Below the pieces are notes generated by a model, which was not told where the DNA came from, ran no database searches, and saw only the letters and a list, made by a program, of their open reading frames with translations. Positions 48,266-56,866 of a stretch of 64,000 nucleotides of DNA are shown here, piece by piece. The position numbers were made by a program, and so were the translations under genes. Numbering within the stretch: position 1 is the stretch's first letter; each line of letters begins with the position of its first letter. Source of the DNA: Candidatus Binatia bacterium (lineage in GTDB: Bacteria; Desulfobacterota; Binatia; HRBIN30); contig JBBRSP010000007.1 of NCBI GenBank assembly GCA_038245295.1, forward strand, positions 96,001 to 160,000, written 5' to 3'.

Positions 48266-50362
48266 ATGAAGTCCCAACTGCACCTCGGTATCGTCACGAC
48301 CCTACTCCTAGTCCCGCGCTACGCCTTGGCCTGGCATGTCTTGGCTTGGAGCACCCGCGGCGTGCACGAGGCGGATACCGACTTCTCGGCCGCGGCGATG
48401 ACGCCACCAGGTGTCACGCTGCGCGCCCAGGTGATCGACAATCTCGGGCACCTTGTAACTCAACCGGGTGATCTTCACGTGACGTACAGCGCGGTCGCCG
48501 ATCCGGACGGCTCAATCAACCGCACGTCGGCAACCAAGACCAACTTCTGGCAGTTTGTGAAGCAACTATTCGGGCGCGACGTGGCCGTAGACGTTGGCCT
48601 CGAGGGTACGGCCATGCCCGGCACACAGAACCAACCGCAGCCGATGACGTTCGCGGCGCAAGATCGATCGTTCGTCGCCGCGGGGATTCCGCTCACGCCG
48701 CGTGATGATGCGGGGGCGCTCAAGCGCCTGCCGCTCTTCCGTGTCAGTGCCCGCGATGCGTCGGGAACCCTGTTGGCCTCGGTCGATGTTGCCGTTGGCG
48801 TCTCGGATTCGCCGACCTGCAACACCTGCCATGCTTCGGAATCCAACCCGGCGGCACGGCCGCTGGATGGATGGGTCGCCGACGCCGATCCACTGCGTGA
48901 CATCTGGCTCAACATCTTGCGACTGCATGACGACCGCGAGCTCGGCAACCAAGCGTACCTCGATGCCCTACAAACCTCGAGCTTCGATGCGGCCGGCCTT
49001 TACGCCACGGCGTTGCGGCCCCAGCCGATCTTGTGCGGTAGCTGCCACGCGTCGAGCGGATCCGGACTGGCCGGCTTGCCGGGCATCAGTACACTGTCGC
49101 GCGCCGTTCATCATCGTATGGCGTCGACCTACGATCCGGTCACATCGATGATCCTCGACGACCCGGCCAACGTAACGAAGTGTGAACGTTGCCATGGCAG
49201 CGTCGGTGATCATGCCGTGCGCAGCGCCATGGGACGCAGTACCAACCCCGATGGTGCGCGGGCGATTCGCTGCCAAAGCTGCCATGGCGAGATTGCCGCG
49301 GTTGCCGCGACTGAACGGACCCCCTGGTCCGTCGAGCCTGCCTGCCAGAGTTGCCACACCGGCTCCGCCGTGCAGAACGCCGGGGGGCTGCGCTTCACTG
49401 ACGTTCTCGATACGAATGGCATGCTGCGCGCACCCGTGACCGCTCAGTTCGCCACCGGAGCGATTGGTGTAACCCCGGCACCCTTGTTCGAGACGGCGCG
49501 CGAACACGGCGGCTTGGCCTGCGCCGCCTGTCATGGCTCGCCACACGCCGAGTTCCCGACCTTCGAACGCAACGACAACCTGCGCAGCATGTCCCAACAG
49601 GGGCATCCGGGGGCGCTGGCGGAATGCACGAGTTGTCATGGGTCGTCGCCGATCACGGTCACCGGCGGACCGCACGGTATGCATCCGGTCGGCGCGGCAT
49701 GGGTCCAGAATCACAGCGACGCGGCCGAGGGCGGTGGCAATGCCTGCCGCCAATGCCACGGCGCCGACTATCGCGGAACCGTCTTGTCGCGAGCCCTGGG
49801 CGACCGCTCGCTGAACACACGCTTCGGCCAGAAGGCGTTCTTCCGCGGTGCCATCATCGGTTGCTACGCCTGCCACAACGGGCCGAACAGCGAGAGCGCC
49901 AACCCGAACCACCCCGCCGTCGTCGCCGACACCCAACAAACGGCGACCGCAGACGGCACAGCCTTACTCGCTCTCTCCGCGTCAGATGCCGACCACAACA
50001 CGCTGACACTACGTGTCGTCGACCCACCGGCGCACGGGACCCTGGTGATCGACGGCACTACGGCAACGTACCGTGCCGACGCTGGATTCAGCGGTGCCGA
50101 TCGGGCCACCTACGCGGCGTGGGACGGCGCCATCGATTCCAATCTCGCGACAATCACCATCAACGTACCGGCCACGTGTGCGGGTGACTGCGATAGCTCC
50201 GGTGGCGTAACGATCGATGAGTTGGTGCTGCTCGTACGTGTGGCGCTCGGTGATGCCGACGTCAGCACCTGCAGCGCAGGCGATCTAAATCACGACGGAA
50301 TAATCTCGATCGACGAGATCCTGCGTGGCGTACTGGCGACTCTGAACGATTGTCTTCCATAG
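48266..50362 (+). CDS. secreted multiheme c-type cytochrome (9 CxxCH) with cadherin/Ig-like and dockerin-like C-terminal domains
   Basis: Signal peptide ending ALA. Heme motifs CNTCH, CGSCH, CERCH, CQSCH x2, CAACH, CTSCH, CRQCH and CYACH. Ig-like LSASDAD...PAHG...FSG.D, then a paired EF-hand-like tail. Confidence 0.85.
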   Translation: MKSQLHLGIVTTLLLVPRYALAWHVLAWSTRGVHEADTDFSAAAMTPPGVTLRAQVIDNLGHLVTQPGDLHVTYSAVADPDGSINRTSATKTNFWQFVKQLFGRDVAVDVGLEGTAMPGTQNQPQPMTFAAQDRSFVAAGIPLTPRDDAGALKRLPLFRVSARDASGTLLASVDVAVGVSDSPTCNTCHASESNPAARPLDGWVADADPLRDIWLNILRLHDDRELGNQAYLDALQTSSFDAAGLYATALRPQPILCGSCHASSGSGLAGLPGISTLSRAVHHRMASTYDPVTSMILDDPANVTKCERCHGSVGDHAVRSAMGRSTNPDGARAIRCQSCHGEIAAVAATERTPWSVEPACQSCHTGSAVQNAGGLRFTDVLDTNGMLRAPVTAQFATGAIGVTPAPLFETAREHGGLACAACHGSPHAEFPTFERNDNLRSMSQQGHPGALAECTSCHGSSPITVTGGPHGMHPVGAAWVQNHSDAAEGGGNACRQCHGADYRGTVLSRALGDRSLNTRFGQKAFFRGAIIGCYACHNGPNSESANPNHPAVVADTQQTATADGTALLALSASDADHNTLTLRVVDPPAHGTLVIDGTTATYRADAGFSGADRATYAAWDGAIDSNLATITINVPATCAGDCDSSGGVTIDELVLLVRVALGDADVSTCSAGDLNHDGIISIDEILRGVLATLNDCLP

Positions 50363-50455
50363 TTGGAAGGGGGTTGTGGGTCGGGCGGCCGCCGACCGAT
50401 GAACGCACCAGATTTTCCAAGCGAGCCAAGGGGTCTCTTTTACGCCGCACAAACG

Positions 50456-50491
50456 ACAACGGGCGCCCCGAAGGGCACCCGTTGTTGGTTT
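50456..50491. terminator. probable bidirectional intrinsic terminator between convergent genes
   Basis: acaacgggcgccc-cgaa-gggcacccgttgt hairpin (cUUCGg loop on the minus strand) with short T-rich flanks on both strands. Confidence 0.65.
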
Positions 50492-50511
50492 GAACTATTT
50501 GAAGCGACTGA

Positions 50512-52101
50512 CTAGCGTCGGAGGCGGCGGCGTCCGCCGATCAGCAGGCCCGCGGCGCTGAGGGCGAGCGCAACCAGCGACATCGCCGGCGCATGCTGTT
50601 CCGGCCCTTGCAAGATGACTGGTTTACCGGGGAGGCAATCGTTGTTGCAGCCGTCGCGGTTGATCAGGTTACCATCGTCGCACTCTTCGGGAGCCGTCAC
50701 GACACCATCGCCGCAGATCGTGCAGGAGTTGGTGCACCCGTCGGTTGTCACGTGGTTACCGTCGTCGCACTGTTCCGGCGGGGTCAGGATGCCGTTACCA
50801 CAGGCCGTCCGCGTGCAGTTGTTGTCGCAACCGTCGCCGTTGACCTGGTTTCCGTCGTCACACTGCTCAGGGCTAGTGGCGACACCATTGCCGCAGCCGG
50901 TCGGCGTGCAATTCGTATCGCAACCGTCGCCGTTGATCAGGTTTCCGTCGTCGCATTGCTCGCCCGAGGTCAGAGCGCCGTTGCCGCAACGGGTCGTCTT
51001 GCAGTTGATGTCGCAACCGTCGCCGCTGGTGGTGTTGCCATCGTCGCACTCTTCACCGGCGCTGACGACACCGTTGCCGCACGCCGTCTGCGTACAATTG
51101 TTGTCGCAACCGTCACCGTTGAGCGTATTGCCGTCGTCACACTGCTCGCCGGTCGTGACAACGCCGTTTCCACAGCGGGTTGTCTTGCAGTTCGAGTCGC
51201 AGCCGTCGCCGCTGATCGTATTGCCATCATCACACTCTTCACCCGTGTTGAGGGCACCATTACCGCATCGTGGCAAGGTCGACGGGGCACTGGCGGCTTG
51301 CGCATCGGCCGTAACGACGCGACCGGTGGCGCCGAAACACGTCGCGTTCGCATCGTCGTCGACACCGAAGCCGGCGGCACCATTGGTAAAGCCCGACATG
51401 CTGAGGCTGTGATTGTAGATGAAGATGACCAACTCGCCCTTGTTCAGGGTGAAGCCGTCGCTCGGCGGCGGAGCGCAGACCGTGGTGTTGGTCGTCGGAG
51501 CGCTGGTACAGGCCGGTGGGTTACCCGAGTTCGGGAGGCCAAAGCCATACGTCGTAAACTGGCTCGAGCCGCCGCAAGCCGCCGTCGTGCCCGTGCGCAC
51601 GCAGGCTGCAGGGACATTTCCACCGGTGCTCGAAAGTGGAAAGGTGGTCTGCGGGTTCGGTGCGCCGACACAATCGGCGGCATCGCGACAGACGGTTACA
51701 CGGTTCGGTCCGGTACCGATCGTAAAACGACCGCCATGGCCAGGATCGAAATCAACCGTGAAACCACCCGGAGGGGCAAGAATCCCGGAACGGACGGTGG
51801 AGGCGTAGTCATGCAGCGTCTGATTGGCGATTGGGTTGACGCCGACCAGCGCCGAGATGGGCGTGCCCGATGAGACCGGCGGGCTCGTGCAGGCAAAGGC
51901 TCCGGTTGGTCCGCCGGCCACCGATGTGATGCGCAGGCGGTCAACGCCACCGAGGAGATTTGTATTGTCGACGGCCAAGACCTCATAGACGGTTCCGTCT
52001 TCGGCGCGCTGGGTGAGACCCATATTGATCTGAGCCGCGGCAGGCAGTGCGGCGACGACAAGCGAGCCGACCAGTATGCCAATCCTCGAAAACTTCTGCA
52101 T
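50512..52101 (-). CDS. surface protein with seven DUF4215/myxococcal Cys-rich repeats and an IPTL-like C-terminal sorting signal
   Basis: GGAGG RBS; signal peptide; 7x CG(N/D)G...ExCDDGN...DGC...C; tail APAMS, hydrophobic helix, RRRLRR. Confidence 0.85.
   Translation of the reverse strand: MQKFSRIGILVGSLVVAALPAAAQINMGLTQRAEDGTVYEVLAVDNTNLLGGVDRLRITSVAGGPTGAFACTSPPVSSGTPISALVGVNPIANQTLHDYASTVRSGILAPPGGFTVDFDPGHGGRFTIGTGPNRVTVCRDAADCVGAPNPQTTFPLSSTGGNVPAACVRTGTTAACGGSSQFTTYGFGLPNSGNPPACTSAPTTNTTVCAPPPSDGFTLNKGELVIFIYNHSLSMSGFTNGAAGFGVDDDANATCFGATGRVVTADAQAASAPSTLPRCGNGALNTGEECDDGNTISGDGCDSNCKTTRCGNGVVTTGEQCDDGNTLNGDGCDNNCTQTACGNGVVSAGEECDDGNTTSGDGCDINCKTTRCGNGALTSGEQCDDGNLINGDGCDTNCTPTGCGNGVATSPEQCDDGNQVNGDGCDNNCTRTACGNGILTPPEQCDDGNHVTTDGCTNSCTICGDGVVTAPEECDDGNLINRDGCNNDCLPGKPVILQGPEQHAPAMSLVALALSAAGLLIGGRRRLRR
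50637..51267 (-). repeat. seven in-frame tandem repeats of about 93 bp (Cys-rich CDDGN units)
   Basis: 31-aa units such as CGNGALNTGEECDDGNTISGDGCDSNCKTTR; unit 6 is shorter. Confidence 0.9.
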
Positions 52102-52297
52102 GAGCACTCCCTCCAACACCAAACAAAGCGCGAATCCACGTCACGCCCGGCCCCGATCATCCCGCGATGCCGCAACCGATAACAACTCGGTTTGCGTCTT
52201 GAGCCCGTCCCCTGCGCTATAATGAGCCCAACGGTCGCAAACCTACTCGGCCGAATAGTCCCGGCCCGATGGCGAGTCAATCAACAATCCCCACTGA

Positions 52298-52933
52298 TTA
52301 CGACGTTGGCGTCGCCCCTTCGGCCTTCGCCTCGGGCTTACGACCGATCACAACCACGTACGCTTGGTCGTCCGCCATGTCGAAACCGATCCAACCCGGG
52401 TTGTCCGCCTTCTTCGTTTTGTAGAATTCGCGGTAACCCGTGCCCGAGGTGACCGTCAGCCCGATGCCCTCTAACGCTTCGACGGCATTGCCGACAAAGT
52501 TCGGCGGCTGTTCATCGGCCGAGAAGACGAAGATGCCGGGTTTGATCGGGAAACGGACTGGGACGTTGCCGCGGATCTTCCAACCGGCTTCTTCGAACGC
52601 CGACTGGAGCTGCTTCTGGAACGCTGCGGCTTCAGGGTTGTTCGGCGCTGTCGCAAACCAGACCGGGTTGGAAAGGCTGGAGTTCGGCCCGCCCAGTTTT
52701 TCGATCAGCGTCTTCCGCTGGTCTGCCGTGAGCACACGCGGGTCGACGACCGGTGCGGCTGGGGCGGCCGCCGCGGCCGCCGCGGCGGGCTTCGCCACGG
52801 TCGGCGAGGCCGCTGGCACTGGCGCCGGGCGCTGCTGCAATAGGCTGATCTGATTCTGTTGGTATACGATGTATCCGATCAGGCCGATCACGAGGACCGC
52901 GGCTACGGCAAAAAGGCTCTGCTTCTCATTCAT
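52298..52933 (-). CDS. hypothetical membrane-anchored protein
   Basis: N-terminal TM segment (LFAVAAVLVIGLIGYIVY), Pro/Ala linker, then a globular alpha/beta domain. Confidence 0.7.
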   Translation of the reverse strand: MNEKQSLFAVAAVLVIGLIGYIVYQQNQISLLQQRPAPVPAASPTVAKPAAAAAAAAPAAPVVDPRVLTADQRKTLIEKLGGPNSSLSNPVWFATAPNNPEAAAFQKQLQSAFEEAGWKIRGNVPVRFPIKPGIFVFSADEQPPNFVGNAVEALEGIGLTVTSGTGYREFYKTKKADNPGWIGFDMADDQAYVVVIGRKPEAKAEGATPTS

Positions 52934-53076
52934 GGGGGTGTCTATTGGCGCAGCCGCGCGCACAAGTCTACGGGGCGCGTTCACAGACCGCGCTCGCGGG
53001 ATCATCTTCGGTACCCTCGTTGAACCGACTGCCGAAATGCGGCAAGGATCGCACCCGTCGCGCGCGAGGAGGCTCC

Positions 53077-54261
53077 ATGGATCTTGCCTATACTGCAGAA
53101 CAACAAGCATTCAGCCGTAAAGTGCGCGGCTGGATCAAGGACAACATCCCGAAAAAAGAGAAGGGGGCGGCGCCTCTCGAGGCAACCGACCCGCGACGTA
53201 TCCAAGCGATGAAGGATTGGCAGGCCAAGCTCTTCAAAGCCGGCTACGTCGCCATGGGTTGGCCGAAGGAGTATGGCGGTCGCGCCGCGGATATCGTCGA
53301 GCAAACGATCCTCAACGAAGAGCTGCTGACAGGGCGCGCCCCTGGACTCATCGGCATGATGGGTATCCAGATGGTCGGGCCAACCCTCATTCAACACGGC
53401 AGCGAGGAGCAGAAACGGCGCTTCCTGCCAAAGATCCTGTCGGCCGAAGAGATTTGGTGCCAGGGCTACTCCGAGCCGGGCTCCGGTTCCGACCTCGCAT
53501 CGCTGAAAACCCGCGCCGAGCTGGTCGGTGATGAGTTCATCGTCAACGGCCAAAAGGTCTGGACATCCAACGCTCAATACGCCGACTGGATGTTCTGCCT
53601 GGTGCGCACCGACGCCAATGCCCCGAAACACAAAGGCATCTCGTACCTGCTGATCGACATGAAGAGCCCGGGTGTCACCGTGCGCCCACTCGTGCAGATG
53701 ACCGGTGATGCCGGCTTCAACGAAGTATTCTTCGAAGACGTGCGGGTGCCGCGCAAGAACCTCGTCGGCGAACTGAACCAGGGCTGGGTCGTTGCCAACT
53801 CGACGTTGGCGCACGAACGTAACATGCTCGGCTCGACGATTCGTACGCAACAGATGCTGCAAGGCCTCATCCGCCTGGCGCAACACCGCGAACGCTACGG
53901 CCGCCCGGCCTCGAAGGACCCTGTGTTGCGCCAGAAGCTCAGCGACCTGACGATCCGCGTCGAAGCCATGAAATATCACGCCTTCCGTCAGCTGACCGAT
54001 GGCATCAAGAAGCGCTCCGCAGGGATCTATGCGTCGGTCAACAAACTCGTGTCGACCGAGCTCAATCACGACATCGCCGGAATGGCATTGGAGATCATGG
54101 GGTCGCACGGCATGCTGGCGCGCAACTCGAAGCGCGTCATCGACAACGGCACCTGGCCGATCGAATTCATGTTCACCCTCGGCTTGATCATTGGCGGCGG
54201 CACATCGCAGATCCAGAAGAACATCATCAGCGAGCGCGGCCTCGGCATGCCGCGCGAGTAA
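53077..54261 (+). CDS. acyl-CoA dehydrogenase (probable catalytic subunit of a pair)
   Basis: WCQGYSEPGSGSDLASL, NGQKVWTS, FNEVFF, LAHER and GGGTSQIQKNII. Confidence 0.92.
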   Translation: MDLAYTAEQQAFSRKVRGWIKDNIPKKEKGAAPLEATDPRRIQAMKDWQAKLFKAGYVAMGWPKEYGGRAADIVEQTILNEELLTGRAPGLIGMMGIQMVGPTLIQHGSEEQKRRFLPKILSAEEIWCQGYSEPGSGSDLASLKTRAELVGDEFIVNGQKVWTSNAQYADWMFCLVRTDANAPKHKGISYLLIDMKSPGVTVRPLVQMTGDAGFNEVFFEDVRVPRKNLVGELNQGWVVANSTLAHERNMLGSTIRTQQMLQGLIRLAQHRERYGRPASKDPVLRQKLSDLTIRVEAMKYHAFRQLTDGIKKRSAGIYASVNKLVSTELNHDIAGMALEIMGSHGMLARNSKRVIDNGTWPIEFMFTLGLIIGGGTSQIQKNIISERGLGMPRE

Positions 54262-54300
54262 GACGCCACCGGTTCGCAGGGGAAGCAGAGGATTTGGGGA

Positions 54301-55431
54301 ATGGATTTCGGACTTTCAGAAGAGCAAGAATTGCTGCAACGCTCGGCGCGCGACTTTCTGGCGCAAGAGTGTCCAACCGCCTTTGTACGTGAGTCGGCCA
54401 AGACCAGCGACGGCTTCTCGCGCGCCTTCCACGACAAGCTCGCCGTGATGGGCTGGACCGGCCTGGTCATCCCGGAAGCGTTCGGCGGACTCGGCTTGGG
54501 CATGCTCGATCTCGCGGTCCTCAGCGAAGAGATGGGTCGCACCGTCACGCCGGGTGCGTTTTTCTCCTCGACCCTGGCGGCGATCACACTGACGCAGAGC
54601 AAGGCCTCGGCCCTGAAGAAGGCCTGGCTGCCGAAGCTTGCCGATGGACTCGTCGTCGGCAGCCTGGCGTTCCTCGAGGAGAGCGAACGCCTCGATGCCG
54701 ACGGTATCACCCTCAAGTGTCAGAAGACGCGGCAGGGCTACCGTTTGTCGGGCACGAAACTGTTCGTCCAGGACGCCGAGGTTGCCGAATTTTTCATTGT
54801 CGCGGCGCGCACGAACGGTCGAGGCGAGGCCGGCCTCATCGTCTTGTTGGTGCCGCGCGATACACCGGGTATCAAGATCGAGCCGCTGCTCAATCTCGAC
54901 CTGACCCGCAAGACCTATGAAGTCACCTTCGACGCCGTCACCGTCCAAGCCGGCAATCTCGTCGCCGATGAGGGTAAGGCCTGGAAGCTGCTCAGTCGTG
55001 TCCTCGATGCGGCCGCCGTCATCCTCGCCGCCGACGGTCTCGGCGGCGCCCAGCGCGCTCTCGAGCTCAGTGTCGAGTATTCGAAAGTCCGACAACAATT
55101 CGGTCGGCCGATCGGCTCGTTTCAGGCGGTCAAACACATCGCCGCCGAAATGGCGAGCGAGATCGAGCCGGCGCGCTCGCTGGTCTGGTATGCCGCCTAC
55201 GCCTATGACGCCGAGCCGCGGCACGCGGCTCGTGCCGCGGCGATGGCCAAAGCGAGAATGAGCGACGTCTACTCGCGCACCGCCAATCGTGCCGTGCAAA
55301 TCCACGGCGGCATTGGCTTCACCTGGGAACACGACATGCACCTGTGGTTCAAACGCGCCAAGTGGAATGAGCTGGCATTCGGCGATGCTAGCTATCACAG
55401 AGAACGGCTAGCGGTGCTTGACGGTCTCTGA
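54301..55431 (+). CDS. acyl-CoA dehydrogenase (probable partner subunit)
   Basis: RQQFGRPIGSFQAVKH and QIHGGIGFTWEHD.HL..KRA. Confidence 0.92.
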   Translation: MDFGLSEEQELLQRSARDFLAQECPTAFVRESAKTSDGFSRAFHDKLAVMGWTGLVIPEAFGGLGLGMLDLAVLSEEMGRTVTPGAFFSSTLAAITLTQSKASALKKAWLPKLADGLVVGSLAFLEESERLDADGITLKCQKTRQGYRLSGTKLFVQDAEVAEFFIVAARTNGRGEAGLIVLLVPRDTPGIKIEPLLNLDLTRKTYEVTFDAVTVQAGNLVADEGKAWKLLSRVLDAAAVILAADGLGGAQRALELSVEYSKVRQQFGRPIGSFQAVKHIAAEMASEIEPARSLVWYAAYAYDAEPRHAARAAAMAKARMSDVYSRTANRAVQIHGGIGFTWEHDMHLWFKRAKWNELAFGDASYHRERLAVLDGL

Positions 55432-55500
55432 GGCGCCGCGGAGCGGCGCGCTCCGCCTGCGTTGGAGGGCGCCACTCCGTGGCACCCTTTGTGGTGACCA

Positions 55501-56790
55501 ATGCTGATCCGCGACCCCATACACGGCGACCTGAGCCTCAACGCGATCGAGCAGCAGGTGCTCGACACACCGGTCGTGCAGCGCATGCGCGGCATCAAAC
55601 AGCTCGGCACGGCGAGCTACGTATACCCCGGCGCCCTGCACACGCGCTTCGATCATTCACTCGGCGTCAATGCTGTGGCCAAGCGGATCATCGGCCATCT
55701 GCGCGAGTCGGGTGTAGCCATCGACCTCGAGCTCGAGACCGTCATCGGCGTCGCGGCGCTGCTCCACGACGTGACCCACGTCCCGTTTGGCCACACCCTC
55801 GAAGATGAACGGCGACTGTTCCAACGCCACGACAAGGGCGATCGGCTGACTCGGCTGCTCGAGGGGCCGTTGGGAGAGACGTTATCCCAACTCGACATCA
55901 AACAGCCTGTCGCCGCGATGTTCGCAACAGCCCCAGAAGCAAACACGGCGATCCCGCAATGGGCCCGCGAGATCGTCTCGAGTACGATCGACGCCGACTT
56001 GCTCGACTACCTGCGGCGCGATTCCTATTTTGCCGGCCTGGCGCAGCGCTACGACGATCGCATCTTGCGTGCCTTTTGCGTCGACACCGGGCATCTGGCG
56101 ATCAACATGAGCAAACACGGCATGGAGCGCCAGGATGCGCGCTCGGAGACTGTGCAGTTGCTGCGGATGCGCTACTTCCTCACCGAGCGCGTCTACTACC
56201 ATCACACGAAAGTCACCGCGGGGGCCATGGTGTCCAAGGCCGTCGAGTTGGCGCACGAGCACGAGCGTCTCGGCGAGGACGAGCTCATGGTGTTGAACGA
56301 CGGGCAGCTCTTCGAGGCATTGCGACGCATCGCCGAGGCGCCGCAACCCGACCGGCGCATCGGCCGATTGCTCGAGCGACTCGAACGACGACAGCTCCTC
56401 AAGCGCGGTTACGTCCTATCGGCGCTCACCGTCGAGGAGAATGCGCGGCGCGCCCTGGTCGAGCGTTTTCATCATTCGGCTACCAATCGACGCGCGGCGG
56501 AGGAACACCTTGCGCGGCGGCTCGGCTGCGACGCATCGGAAGTCATCGTCTACTGCCCTGCCCTGACCGTCATGAAAGAAGCCGCCGCTCTCGTGCGCGG
56601 GGCGCGCGGCCTGATGGCACTGAATCAGACCAGTGCCGGCGCCACCAGCGAAATCGCCGCTCTGCAGTCGCGTTACGCCGAGCTGTGGCGTTTCTACGTC
56701 TTCGTGCCTGGCGAGTTTGCCGACAGCTCAGCGCCGATCGCCAAGGAGATTTTCGGCTACCCCAGTGAACACCACGTGACCACAGCTTGA
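55501..56790 (+). CDS. HD domain phosphohydrolase, SAMHD1/dNTP triphosphohydrolase-like
   Basis: IRDPIHG, QRMRGIKQLG, VYPGA.HTRFDHSLG, LLHD, DADLLDYLRRD and VYYH. Confidence 0.88.
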   Translation: MLIRDPIHGDLSLNAIEQQVLDTPVVQRMRGIKQLGTASYVYPGALHTRFDHSLGVNAVAKRIIGHLRESGVAIDLELETVIGVAALLHDVTHVPFGHTLEDERRLFQRHDKGDRLTRLLEGPLGETLSQLDIKQPVAAMFATAPEANTAIPQWAREIVSSTIDADLLDYLRRDSYFAGLAQRYDDRILRAFCVDTGHLAINMSKHGMERQDARSETVQLLRMRYFLTERVYYHHTKVTAGAMVSKAVELAHEHERLGEDELMVLNDGQLFEALRRIAEAPQPDRRIGRLLERLERRQLLKRGYVLSALTVEENARRALVERFHHSATNRRAAEEHLARRLGCDASEVIVYCPALTVMKEAAALVRGARGLMALNQTSAGATSEIAALQSRYAELWRFYVFVPGEFADSSAPIAKEIFGYPSEHHVTTA

Positions 56791-56866
56791 TTGGCCGCCG
56801 ATCGTCGAAAGCTGACGTTGAACCGTTGTCTTGACTCGGCGACGGCATCAGACAACGATCCGCGCC

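Noticed and set aside
50637..51267. CRISPR-like or non-coding tandem array
   Set aside because: The repeats are in-frame protein repeats with synonymous variation.
52192..52223. Perfect TATAAT on the plus strand
   Set aside because: No -35 at a suitable spacing and no plus-strand gene downstream; cannot be supported as a promoter.
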